Source: a virus. From it: DNA of 64,000 nucleotides. The DNA is taken from positions 1-64,000 of the IMG/VR virus record IMGVR_UViG_3300006735_000025. One strand, written 5' to 3'. Shown piece by piece: positions 39,154 through 48,500 of this stretch (position 1 is its first letter; each line of letters opens with the position of its first letter). The translations under genes and the position numbers were made by a program. The notes below the pieces were generated by a model. The model did no database searches, was not told where the DNA came from, and was given only the letters and a program-made list of their open reading frames with translations.

Positions 39154-40527
39154 TTATTTATTTAATATTTTTTCTCTTCTTTCTAGAGCATCCATAACTC
39201 TTTTTCGGTTTCTTTGTGTTTTGTCTTCTTCAAAACCTAAGAAGGTTTGTGTAGATTCAGTATTAATTTCCAATGTAGCATTATTAAATGTACAATTTTC
39301 AAATATAATACCATCTTGACCTAATCTAGACTTAGTTATAGCGATAGTAGCCAAACCAAGTTCTTTTTGTTGTAGTGTTTTTGCCACTGAAATTATGACA
39401 TGTCCAACTTGAGCTTTCTTTATTGACCCACCCATTTGGTCAGTAGTAACCACTTCAGATGAAATAGAAGACCTATTACCTTGTGCGGCGGTCCAACCTA
39501 CTAGATTCAACTCATGGCACATACCTTCAAATTTTCTCATAACTGAACCTTCACCCTTCCACTCATCATTATAACTTCTATCCGGTATCACACAATCTAT
39601 ATAGTCTAAGACAACAATATCTAAATTTGTACCTTCTGCTGTTATTTTTCTAATTTGGTTTTTAATTTGTGCAATGGTAAACTCATCTGAGGCTAACTTT
39701 TTCAATATTAGTTTACCACCATTTGTTTTCATTTCATCAGCCTTTGAGAGTACTTTTTCTTTATTGTCACTTAGTTTTTGAGGTTCTATCCCCGTCCAAC
39801 AGGTAAAGTGCTTTCTTTGTATGATTTTAGGGTTGTCTTCAAAAAATATTTGTAACACGTTATACCCCATATTAAAAGCTGTATTAGCGAACCTTGTTAG
39901 TATTGTAGTCTTACCTACACCGGTAGGTGCTAATATCACACCCAACTCTCCTTTTGCCAACCCACCATTTAATAAATTGTCGATGCCGTCTATCCCAGTA
40001 GGGATTGGGTGTCTATAATCATCTTTTAAAACATCTTCTAAATTTTGGAAAACTTCAACAGTACCTTCATCACCTTCACCAATACTGATGGCTTCTCTTA
40101 TATACTCTTCACATAAATCATAACTTTCAAAGTCACCCTTTTCTAAAATAGTTTCTACTTTTCTAATAGCTTTTTTTAATTCTTGTTGTTTACAAAATTT
40201 TATTGTTTTTTCTTTTATAAACAAATGGTCTTCAAAAGAAGCCTCTTTTATATCCCTTAACATATCAATAACACACTTTTTAGCCATTTCAGAAGAAATT
40301 TCTAATTGTGTTAATTGTTCTATACCTTCAAAAGATGGAATACTATGGTACTTTTCGTGATATTCTTTCATCATTTGCATAATTAATTTAAAGTATTGAT
40401 TGTCAAAATATTTTGACTGTATACTATCAATTATAGATTGTGCAAACAATTTATCAGTAATAATTAGATTTAGTATTTTTAGTTGGAAGTTGTATCCTAG
40501 GTATCCAAAATTTTCGGTATTTGTCAT
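39154..40527 (-). CDS. Replicative helicase (DnaB / T4 gp41-like)
   Basis: IPTG...D...GG, Walker A APTGVGKT, Walker B VLDYID, QGNR, KSR. Confidence 0.92.
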   Translation of the reverse strand: MTNTENFGYLGYNFQLKILNLIITDKLFAQSIIDSIQSKYFDNQYFKLIMQMMKEYHEKYHSIPSFEGIEQLTQLEISSEMAKKCVIDMLRDIKEASFEDHLFIKEKTIKFCKQQELKKAIRKVETILEKGDFESYDLCEEYIREAISIGEGDEGTVEVFQNLEDVLKDDYRHPIPTGIDGIDNLLNGGLAKGELGVILAPTGVGKTTILTRFANTAFNMGYNVLQIFFEDNPKIIQRKHFTCWTGIEPQKLSDNKEKVLSKADEMKTNGGKLILKKLASDEFTIAQIKNQIRKITAEGTNLDIVVLDYIDCVIPDRSYNDEWKGEGSVMRKFEGMCHELNLVGWTAAQGNRSSISSEVVTTDQMGGSIKKAQVGHVIISVAKTLQQKELGLATIAITKSRLGQDGIIFENCTFNNATLEINTESTQTFLGFEEDKTQRNRKRVMDALERREKILNK

Positions 40528-40563
40528 ATAATGTTGTTTAGAAATAAATATTAAAATTACTAT

Positions 40564-40992
40564 TTAAAGTTGTTTATCTAGGTAGTAACAATATGGTTTT
40601 CTGTCTGACAAAACGTCAGTTAACTCTCTAAGTATGTAAGAAATTTGTGGTCTAATATCTACAGAAAATTTTACTTTAGGTGGATAAATGTCGGCAGGGA
40701 AAATTCTTTGCATAATTAAATGATTTCCTTTTTTAATAGTTATCGTAAAATACTCTTTTTCTTCCTGTAATTTTGACACATCTTCTTTATAAAATTCATC
40801 AATAATATCTATAGTTTTTAAAATTAACTCATGATTTATAATATCTTTTATGTATTTAACAGTTTCATAAAGGTCAATTGACTTTATAGTTTTTGGGTTG
40901 TGATTTCTTACTGTAAAAAATCTTTGGCATATAATATTATCTTTTATTGATAATACGAATTCAAACTTTTCTTTTTCTTCAAATTGTTTCAT
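40564..40992 (-). CDS. Hypothetical protein (142 aa) between rnh and the helicase
   Basis: ATG 1 nt after the rnh stop; no motif recognised. Confidence 0.65.
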   Translation of the reverse strand: MKQFEEKEKFEFVLSIKDNIICQRFFTVRNHNPKTIKSIDLYETVKYIKDIINHELILKTIDIIDEFYKEDVSKLQEEKEYFTITIKKGNHLIMQRIFPADIYPPKVKFSVDIRPQISYILRELTDVLSDRKPYCYYLDKQL

Positions 40993-40993
40993 T

Positions 40994-42004
40994 TTATAAA
41001 ATTTTTTTAAATTTATTTTTTTCTATTCTGGTTAATGTTAAAAATGGTTTAGTAAAATTTAAGAAAGATTCATCGGAATTTCCAATAAAATTAAATAAAC
41101 CATCTTTCATCATCATTCTTAATAGGTTTTTGTATGAACGCCCTTCTGGGTCCATATTTTCGTTTATTAATTGTTTAATTTCTTTTTGTTCTTGTTCAGG
41201 TAGTAAACTCACACTTAAGTCAACTAAAAATTTATTTCTTTTAAAAAAGTCATCACCTAATTCACCCTCTTTAGTAATACCTTTTACAATATTTTTTAAT
41301 CTAAAATTTTTATTACCTTTTTCGTATTTATCCTTACAAATAGATAAAAACTTTTCAAGTTTTATTTCTTCATCACATATCTCTGGTACTAAATTAATTA
41401 TAGTTTTTATTCCAACATTTTTAATACCACTTATATCATCAGAAGAATCACCACATATAATTTTAATTAATTTTACATTTTCTACAGGAACTATATGTTT
41501 TTCAAATTTAATTTTATCTCCTTTTTTAACTATCTGTAAATTATTTAATAATTTTAAATCTGTAGTTTTAGAAACTAACTGGGTTAGGTCTCTATCGTTT
41601 GAAAGTATTGTAATCTTTTCTTTTTTATTTTGTAGGCTATAAAAAGCTATACAGTCGTCAGCTTCATGACCCTTAAACTCACATTGTCTAATAAAAATTT
41701 CTTCTAGATATTGTTGTACTCTTACTTTTTGTGAATATAGGGATTCACGTTTTTCTTCAGTTAATCTTTTATTGATTCTTTTAATTTTATATTGTGGGTA
41801 TATATTTCTTCTACTTTCGTAATTTTTTTTACCATCCCACGCTACTACAATTTTATTAAAATTATATTCCGATATTAATCTTTTTATTGTATTAAGAAAA
41901 TAAAAAACAGCCCCTAGATTAGTTTCTTTATCTTGGAAGTTTTTTAATCCGTGAAATCCTAATTGTAATAATGAGTTTCCGTCAACAAGAAGTGTTTTGG
42001 TCAA
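40994..42004 (-). CDS. 5'-3' exonuclease / T4 RNase H-like flap nuclease
   Basis: LLVDGN, VAWDG, EADD, SNDRDLTQL, and the helix-turn-helix motif GDSSDDISGIKNVG. Confidence 0.92.
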   Translation of the reverse strand: MTKTLLVDGNSLLQLGFHGLKNFQDKETNLGAVFYFLNTIKRLISEYNFNKIVVAWDGKKNYESRRNIYPQYKIKRINKRLTEEKRESLYSQKVRVQQYLEEIFIRQCEFKGHEADDCIAFYSLQNKKEKITILSNDRDLTQLVSKTTDLKLLNNLQIVKKGDKIKFEKHIVPVENVKLIKIICGDSSDDISGIKNVGIKTIINLVPEICDEEIKLEKFLSICKDKYEKGNKNFRLKNIVKGITKEGELGDDFFKRNKFLVDLSVSLLPEQEQKEIKQLINENMDPEGRSYKNLLRMMMKDGLFNFIGNSDESFLNFTKPFLTLTRIEKNKFKKIL

Positions 42005-42028
42005 TTTTTTATAATTAAAGGTTAAATA

Positions 42029-42463
42029 CTAGTTTTCTATTTCTAAAAGTTCAATTTCAAAATTTAAATTTTTACCAGCCAAAGGATGGTTCATATCTAA
42101 AGTAACTTCTTTTTTGGTAACCTCTACTATTGTAGCTGTGGCTGCCTTACCACTTTTTGTATTACCCTCAATTCTTTCATCAATTATAAATCTGAACTCT
42201 TTTGGGAAGTCTTCTCTTGGTACTTTTATTTCTGCTTGTTCTTCATATTTACCATATGCTTGTTCTAATGGTATAAATATTGATTTTTTTTCACCTTCTT
42301 TCATACCTCTAACAGTATTTTCAAAATCTCTTAGTACCCTACCATCACCAATATTAAACTCTAGTGGTTCTTTTCTTGAGACTGAGTTGTCAAATTCTTT
42401 ACCATCTTCATACGTACCTATGTAATGTACTTTTACTTTTTTCCCTACTTTTATACTATTCAT
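42029..42463 (-). CDS. FKBP-type peptidyl-prolyl isomerase, SlyD/SlpA-like (start re-called to 42463)
   Basis: VKVHYIG...FDNS...PLEF, AYG, insert-in-flap region, LDMNHPLAGKNLNFEI. The ATG at 42463 overlaps the uvsX stop (ATGAATAG). Confidence 0.92.
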   Translation of the reverse strand: MNSIKVGKKVKVHYIGTYEDGKEFDNSVSRKEPLEFNIGDGRVLRDFENTVRGMKEGEKKSIFIPLEQAYGKYEEQAEIKVPREDFPKEFRFIIDERIEGNTKSGKAATATIVEVTKKEVTLDMNHPLAGKNLNFEIELLEIEN

Positions 42464-43460
42464 TTTCTTTTTCTTCTTTTGTGTCGAATTCACCCCCCAC
42501 ACCTAACTGGTCAGACCAAAAAGAGGCGTATTCTTGTTTGTATTTTTCTATTGATTTTTTTTCTTCTGATGTTTCTTTTCCAGCCAAGAACCCATGTGGT
42601 GTTATTAAAATTTTACCATCTTCATAACCTAAACCATTAACATGGTTTTTCATAATTGTTATTTTAGTTCTTGTTGCAAATTTAACTTTTCTTTTTTCTT
42701 TAACTGCTGAAATATTTGTAGTTCCAGCATTTTTTTGATTACCAAATCTAAAAACTAATGTAGAATTTAACCATAAAGCTTCACCACCTTTTGCTTTAAT
42801 TTTTGGTTGACCAAATGGATTATCGGGTAATTCCACCCATGGTTGATTTACAACCACTAATGTGTTTGTGTATTTTGAGTCTTCTCTTCTAGACTTTCCT
42901 ATTCTTTGGTTAATACCCATACCTATTTTATCAGCGAATACAGCAGCGTTATGCATTTTACCACCCTTACCATCAAAAGTCATTTTACATGGTATCGAAC
43001 CAACTGAATCCCATAAAAATAATAAGTCGTAATCTAACTCTCCCTTTTCTTGAGCATCTAATAAAGAATTTATATAGTCTGTAATTTGTTCTATGTACTG
43101 AAAATCGTTATTGAAAAGAAAAAATCCTTCCCAATCTATTTCACCAGTACTTTCATCTACAACTTCTTCACAATCAAAACCTAATAGTTTGGCATAATTA
43201 AATCCCCATTTTTGTTCCGTTATTAGTATTACTGGTAAAACCCCCTTTTTTTGTGCATCTACAGCTGTTTTAATTAAAGCTGTAGTTTTACCGGTATCTG
43301 AATGACCCAAAAACATCTGTAAATGACCCATGGCTGGACCAGGTATTCCTGTAGCGTCGAGGAATGCCGGTCCTAGGTCAAAAAATTTATCTGTTTTAAA
43401 TTTAGCCTTTTTAGAGAACTTACTTTTTATGTCTGAAAAACTTCTTTTCTTTAATGCCAT
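42456..43460 (-). CDS. uvsX: RecA/UvsX-like recombinase
   Basis: Walker A GHSDTGKT, Walker B FLWDSVG, VVVNQ, KGG, KNH; directly downstream of the gp32-like gene. Confidence 0.88.
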   Translation of the reverse strand: MALKKRSFSDIKSKFSKKAKFKTDKFFDLGPAFLDATGIPGPAMGHLQMFLGHSDTGKTTALIKTAVDAQKKGVLPVILITEQKWGFNYAKLLGFDCEEVVDESTGEIDWEGFFLFNNDFQYIEQITDYINSLLDAQEKGELDYDLLFLWDSVGSIPCKMTFDGKGGKMHNAAVFADKIGMGINQRIGKSRREDSKYTNTLVVVNQPWVELPDNPFGQPKIKAKGGEALWLNSTLVFRFGNQKNAGTTNISAVKEKRKVKFATRTKITIMKNHVNGLGYEDGKILITPHGFLAGKETSEEKKSIEKYKQEYASFWSDQLGVGGEFDTKEEKENE

Positions 43461-43471
43461 CTATATATTTT

Positions 43472-44338
43472 TTAAAATGGTAAATCTTCGTCTACTTTTT
43501 GGTTTGCTTGTGGGTCTGGAGTGTTAGTTGTTTTACTCATATCCACAGTACTATTTGTTTTAGCGTTTGGGTCATCGTACGTGTATTTTTTTAGTTCACT
43601 ATCCCACACAGGGTCTAAACCTTTAGAAATAGCTTCTAAATACTCAACTGGTTTTTGAGAGTATACATCCTTCCAAGTTTTTTCATCGGAAGTCCATTCT
43701 ACACCTTTTGCATTATCTTCTGTTAATTTACCTGGGTCTTCATACATCACGGAAGATACTGTTGTATATTCTCCTCTTCCACCTGGTAATGGTACTGCTT
43801 GTAAAATAAGTATTAAGTCTCTACCTTCATTAACATCAGTAACATCTCCTTTATTTCTCCAAATAGGGATTATTTTGTCAATTGGTCCATCCCCTTTCCA
43901 ATTATGTTTAAATCTCCAAAACTTAACACCATCTTCTTCCTTATCTCTATCAATAACTTTTACAATGTAAAATTTTTGTGAACGGTATTGTCTTGCTAAT
44001 TCTTTTGATTGTTCGTCACCAGCTAATCTAAGTGCTTCTTCAACTTCATTTAATGGACTTCTTTCACCTGTTGGCTTACCCGCTGAATCTTTACCTGGGT
44101 CATAAATTTTCATCCATCTACCTTGTACTTGTGTGTTATGAAAAAACACTTCTTTAAATGGAGAACTACCGTCTGTTGTTGGTAGTATTCTAATTCTTTT
44201 TTCACCTTGTTTAACACCTTTAGGTAGTGCAATGGTGAAATATTGTTTTAATCTGTCTTCGTCTGACATTCTTGGTTTTGAAGATGTTGCCTGTTTGTTT
44301 TTTTCGTATTGGGCTAATACAGCGTCTAATGAACTCAT
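43472..44338 (-). CDS. Single-stranded DNA-binding protein (T4 gp32-like)
   Basis: IRILP...PF...H, VIDR...GVKFW, D...GRDL, and an acidic tail ending EDLPF. Confidence 0.85.
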   Translation of the reverse strand: MSSLDAVLAQYEKNKQATSSKPRMSDEDRLKQYFTIALPKGVKQGEKRIRILPTTDGSSPFKEVFFHNTQVQGRWMKIYDPGKDSAGKPTGERSPLNEVEEALRLAGDEQSKELARQYRSQKFYIVKVIDRDKEEDGVKFWRFKHNWKGDGPIDKIIPIWRNKGDVTDVNEGRDLILILQAVPLPGGRGEYTTVSSVMYEDPGKLTEDNAKGVEWTSDEKTWKDVYSQKPVEYLEAISKGLDPVWDSELKKYTYDDPNAKTNSTVDMSKTTNTPDPQANQKVDEDLPF

Positions 44339-44375
44339 AATATTTTATTTTTTTTAATAATTAATTTCTTAGATA

Positions 44376-44404
44376 ATAATAACTAATTTATTTGTGGTTG
44401 TCAA
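44376..44404 (-). promoter_or_regulatory. Sigma70-type promoter TTGACA-N17-TATTAT heading the replication block
   Basis: Minus strand: TTGACA at 44404-44399, a 17-nt spacer, TATTAT at 44381-44376. Lies just downstream of a terminator and 37 nt upstream of the SSB ATG. Confidence 0.7.
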
Positions 44405-44427
44405 TTATATGGGTTAAATAATTCCAT

Positions 44428-44457
44428 AAAAAAAAGCCCTAAATAAGTTAGAGCTTT
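44428..44457 (-). terminator. Intrinsic terminator
   Basis: Minus strand AAAGCTCTAA-CTTAT-TTAGGGCTTT followed by a T run; one G-U pair that forms only on this strand. Confidence 0.8.
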
Positions 44458-44483
44458 AATTATATATTATTTTTTATATACTA

Positions 44484-45239
44484 TCAACCGTTAAAACTTT
44501 GTTGAATTTCTGAGTCTGAAAAGTTTTGTATATCATCTGTGTTTAAAACATATTCTGTTTTTCCTTGAGCTTCAAATTTTTCCTGACTGTCATCCCAAAA
44601 ATTAGCTAATGATTGGTTGTATGGCCCAGAATCTAATTTTCTCATTTCAATTTTTTCTTCCTCTGTTTTTGGTCTATATTTTTCTATTTTTTGTTCTAGA
44701 CTACTAATTTGATTCATTAGTTGGTCCATTCCTGATAATTTTTCTTCCATACCATCTAACATAGTCATTAAAGATTCTAATTTATTATTAGTCTCTTCAG
44801 TATTTTTTTCTAAATTTTCTTGTTTGTCTACCAAATCAGTAACCTCAACTTCAGTTGCGTCTTCTTCAGTTTCACCATCAGCTACTGGTGGTGCTGCTGG
44901 AGTAGGTGGTACTACTGGTGGTGTGGGTGGTGCTGCTGGTGGTGTGTCCGTGGGTGGTGTAGTTTCAATATCTAAAGTATCTTCCACATCATCACCAACA
45001 CCCATCTCATCAAAAGTAGTTACATCTGCTGTTGCATCATCTTCTGGGTTTTCTTGTTCAGACATTTCTTGTTGTCTTTCAGTAAATTTTTTTAATCTTT
45101 CAGATTCACCTTGTTTTGACATAAAACCGGAACCACCACCTACACTACCCAACATCTGTTCCTCTAGGTTTGTAGCGTTATATCCGATTTGATTAAATCT
45201 TTTTAGTTCCTCTTGTAGACTTTTTTGTATATTAGCCAT
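44484..45239 (-). CDS. Acidic coiled-coil protein with a Pro/Thr linker (possible internal head or scaffold-like protein)
   Basis: SLQEELKRFNQI N-terminus, TPPTDTPPAAPPTPP linker, heptad region LESLMTMLDGMEEKLSGMDQLMNQISSLEQKI. Confidence 0.5.
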   Translation of the reverse strand: MANIQKSLQEELKRFNQIGYNATNLEEQMLGSVGGGSGFMSKQGESERLKKFTERQQEMSEQENPEDDATADVTTFDEMGVGDDVEDTLDIETTPPTDTPPAAPPTPPVVPPTPAAPPVADGETEEDATEVEVTDLVDKQENLEKNTEETNNKLESLMTMLDGMEEKLSGMDQLMNQISSLEQKIEKYRPKTEEEKIEMRKLDSGPYNQSLANFWDDSQEKFEAQGKTEYVLNTDDIQNFSDSEIQQSFNG

Positions 45240-45471
45240 TTAATAATTGTTTTACTTTTCCGTTAGGTGATTCTACTTGTACTTTTCTATTTACTCTGAT
45301 TTCGTTTTCTACTCTTTCAATTAATCCATCTCTACTTCTTATCGTATAACAAATTCCAGTATCTAAATCACAAACTTGTTTACCTTCAGTTGTTTCACCG
45401 TTTTCAACAATATTGCTTGTAGCTTTACCTAAAAAATTACCTAATTTTTGTTTTAAATTTTCTGTTATCAT
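45232..45471 (-). CDS. Small hypothetical protein (79 aa)
   Basis: Preceded by two TATTTATA motifs (45486-45493 and 45502-45509); contains VCDLDTGICY; overlaps the next gene. Confidence 0.65.
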   Translation of the reverse strand: MITENLKQKLGNFLGKATSNIVENGETTEGKQVCDLDTGICYTIRSRDGLIERVENEIRVNRKVQVESPNGKVKQLLNG

Positions 45472-45527
45472 AGTATTGTTTATTATATAAATATTATTAA
45501 ATATAAATAAAATCTTTAAAGACTTAT

Positions 45528-48500
45528 TTATACTGTTTTTTCTTCTTTAAGGTATTCACTATTAAAGTTATTTGGGTTTAAAAATATTTCATTTTCACCT
45601 AGATTTTTATTAATAACATATTTCCTTATTTCATAATGTAAATGGGTCCCTGTTGAATTACCTGTGGTCCCCATAACACCTATTTTAACACCTTTAGTTA
45701 TACCTTCAGTTTCTCCAACCCCAGTTATTGTATTTTCTTTTATATGTGCTAATCTAAATTGGTATCTAGATATAGCTCCCTCAACCCAACCTGTAGTATC
45801 TGTTTGTTTAATTAATACTTTATCTATGTATATAACATTACCATATCCACCACCACACGATTTGGCTTTTTCTGTACTTCCAGCGACACAACCACTAACT
45901 TTTTTGGTAATTATTCCAGAAACAGGTGCAACTATATCTACATTTGTACCTTCAAATTCTAATTTTGGTTGATAGTCTATTCCTTTATGCATTGATATTC
46001 CCTTTTTTGTTTTTCTTCTAGCCCAAAATGCTTGGGTAGGTTCTGGTGTTAAAATCTTATTTATGTCAACTGGGTCTTGTATTGGGAAATCTAATGTACT
46101 AATATCAGATTCGCTATCCATAACTCCATCATCAAATTCTTTCTCTGTTAAATTAAATTCGTCTAACTCAGTATCCACTTTATTGGTAGATACTGTTTCT
46201 TCTAATTCATCAAATTGTTTTAATAGTTTATCCTGAATTGTTGCCAACATATCAGTAACTTTAGGTAAACTTGTAATACCAACTCTAACACCGGTAAATG
46301 TTGTTGACATATCATTAGGTGTTATACTGTGATTAACATCCATAATAAGATAGGGACCACTAAACATAGGTACATACCTTAATTGAAAATAGGTTGTTGG
46401 TTGTATTAACGCGTTACCCATAGAAGTTACTTGACACTTATAAGACCTAGATTTATATAGATTAAATAAATTTAAAGAATTTGTTGACACTTTTGAACCA
46501 CTGGCCATTTTACCCATATCTTCCATAATTCTAAAAGCTTCACTAGTGTTTGGGAATTCTGATTGGTCTAAGGCTATACTTTCAAAAACATTTTGGTTTG
46601 GTATTCCAAAATCAACAGCGAAAGCCATAACTTTATTACTTAATTGTCTTTCTTTTTCAGTATTTGGTATAGGACCACATAGTGGGTTTGGACTTACTCT
46701 ATTTAAAACAAAAGAATCATTATTATATCCATAATTAAAACTTTTTATATCTAGACTGGTTGATGGTGGTCCAATATATTGACATAAGTATTTAGGTGAA
46801 GATTTTGTAGTATCAACCTCCTTAAAAGCACCAAACATAGTATCTCCTTGTGCTTGTGTATTATTACCTTGCATATTATAAAAATTAACATATGATGGTA
46901 ATGGTATAAAATTAAAATAATTCACACTACACATGTGACTCATAAATCCAGCTATTGTTTGTTTTACAGAAGTACTTGGTTCAGCAGTAAATGGTGTGTC
47001 TAACCCTAAAAATAAATAGATATCCACAATAGCCTCATTTCCAATATCTCTATTAGCATTGTCTAAAAACATAAATCTTTCCATTACTGTATTATGAAAA
47101 GCTACACTAGAACTAACACCCCTAGTTGTATTTACATCATCACCTTGTACTTTAGTACCGGATATCCACTTATCATTAAATGTTTTAAATACTTGATATA
47201 ATTCTAATTTTAGATTATCCGCAACTATTTTAGGTCTTTGGTCTTCGGAATCATCATTTGTGGTGGTAGAAGATTCATTTAAAGCTTTAAATGGGTCTAT
47301 TTTAGAAATAGCTTTTAAAAATGTATTAGTATATAATTCTGTAGTTTGTTTTACAGCTCCAAATATATTATCTAAAGCTGTATCAAAATTAGATTTACCC
47401 ATACCTACATTACCACCTGGAGAGTTTTGCTCTGTAGATGTTACATAAAGTTTAAGAATTGGTGCAAATTGGTATACTAATGTATGGGATATGTCATATT
47501 CTTTAAAGAAATCAAAACATATTTTTGTTATCCTATTGAAATCAGTGTTTGCGAAAGAAATGTATTCTCTCGGGTAAACATATTGTGAAATAGCAAAAGT
47601 AAAAGATGGTGTCGGTGATAATACCGAATTATCAAATTTTACTAAATTTAATCCATCATTTGAACCCATCATATAATCTATTAATGATAGTGTTGAGGTT
47701 GTGTCTGCTGTTGATGGTGTTGTGGATGGTGTTACTGTTATGTCAAAACCATTAACTGAACCGTGTTTGTAAATAACTGATTGGTTTAAAAATATCCTAC
47801 ACACACTTAAGAATTTTTTATATTGACTTTTTGATAATTCTTCTGTTGTAGCTATAGGGTTTTCTGATTCTACTTCAGATTTTTTAAGAACCATAAAATC
47901 TTTAAAAATAGATTTAAAGTTATTATACCTACCTTCAACAATACTAGAGTCTGGGTTTTGTGACTGTGAAAAATTTAAAAATTGTTTTTCAAATTCATCT
48001 AAAACTTGTGATGGGAAAACCGATAGTAGTTCATCAAAGCCATCATAATTTGAACCAGGGTTTATATTCCAAGCTTCTTGTTCTGACAAAGATTTATTAA
48101 TTTTTTTCATATAACTACTAGGTGGAACCCAACCGTATATAGCACCGTAAGAACCAGGAGTACCCACATTGTTAACATCAAAAGCACCATACCCAGCACC
48201 AGCCCATAAAAATCTAGCACTACCATCAAAACCAGCCGTATTTATATTGTCACCCATAAAACTTAAATCTGTATTTACCAAACTACCAATAGATGGGTAT
48301 AATATATAGTAAGGGTCTGTTGTCGCATCTACATCTTTAATCCCAGCATTACCTATTGTAGCTGAATCAGCAAAAGTTGTATAAAAATTATATGAAATAC
48401 CACCCTTATCAAATGAAAGGTTTTCTTCTTTTTGTATTTCTAATTGAAATGAGTTTATAAAATTATTTTGTAGTGTTGGTGTTGGTACCCAAGACCCAAC

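Noticed and set aside
40947-41642. 231-aa plus-strand ORF, and the other plus-strand ORFs in the track (e.g. 31388, 34977, 44824, 54287, 62523)
   Set aside because: They lie antisense to well-supported genes, mostly lack ATG starts, and have the F/L/S/I-rich composition expected of shadow frames.
37218-43460. Inteins or introns in nrdJ, helicase or uvsX
   Set aside because: Lengths are normal, motifs are contiguous, and no intein termini or homing endonuclease motifs were seen.
44880-44962. ggtggt-rich quasi-repeat
   Set aside because: It simply encodes the Pro/Thr/Ala linker of 44484..45239.
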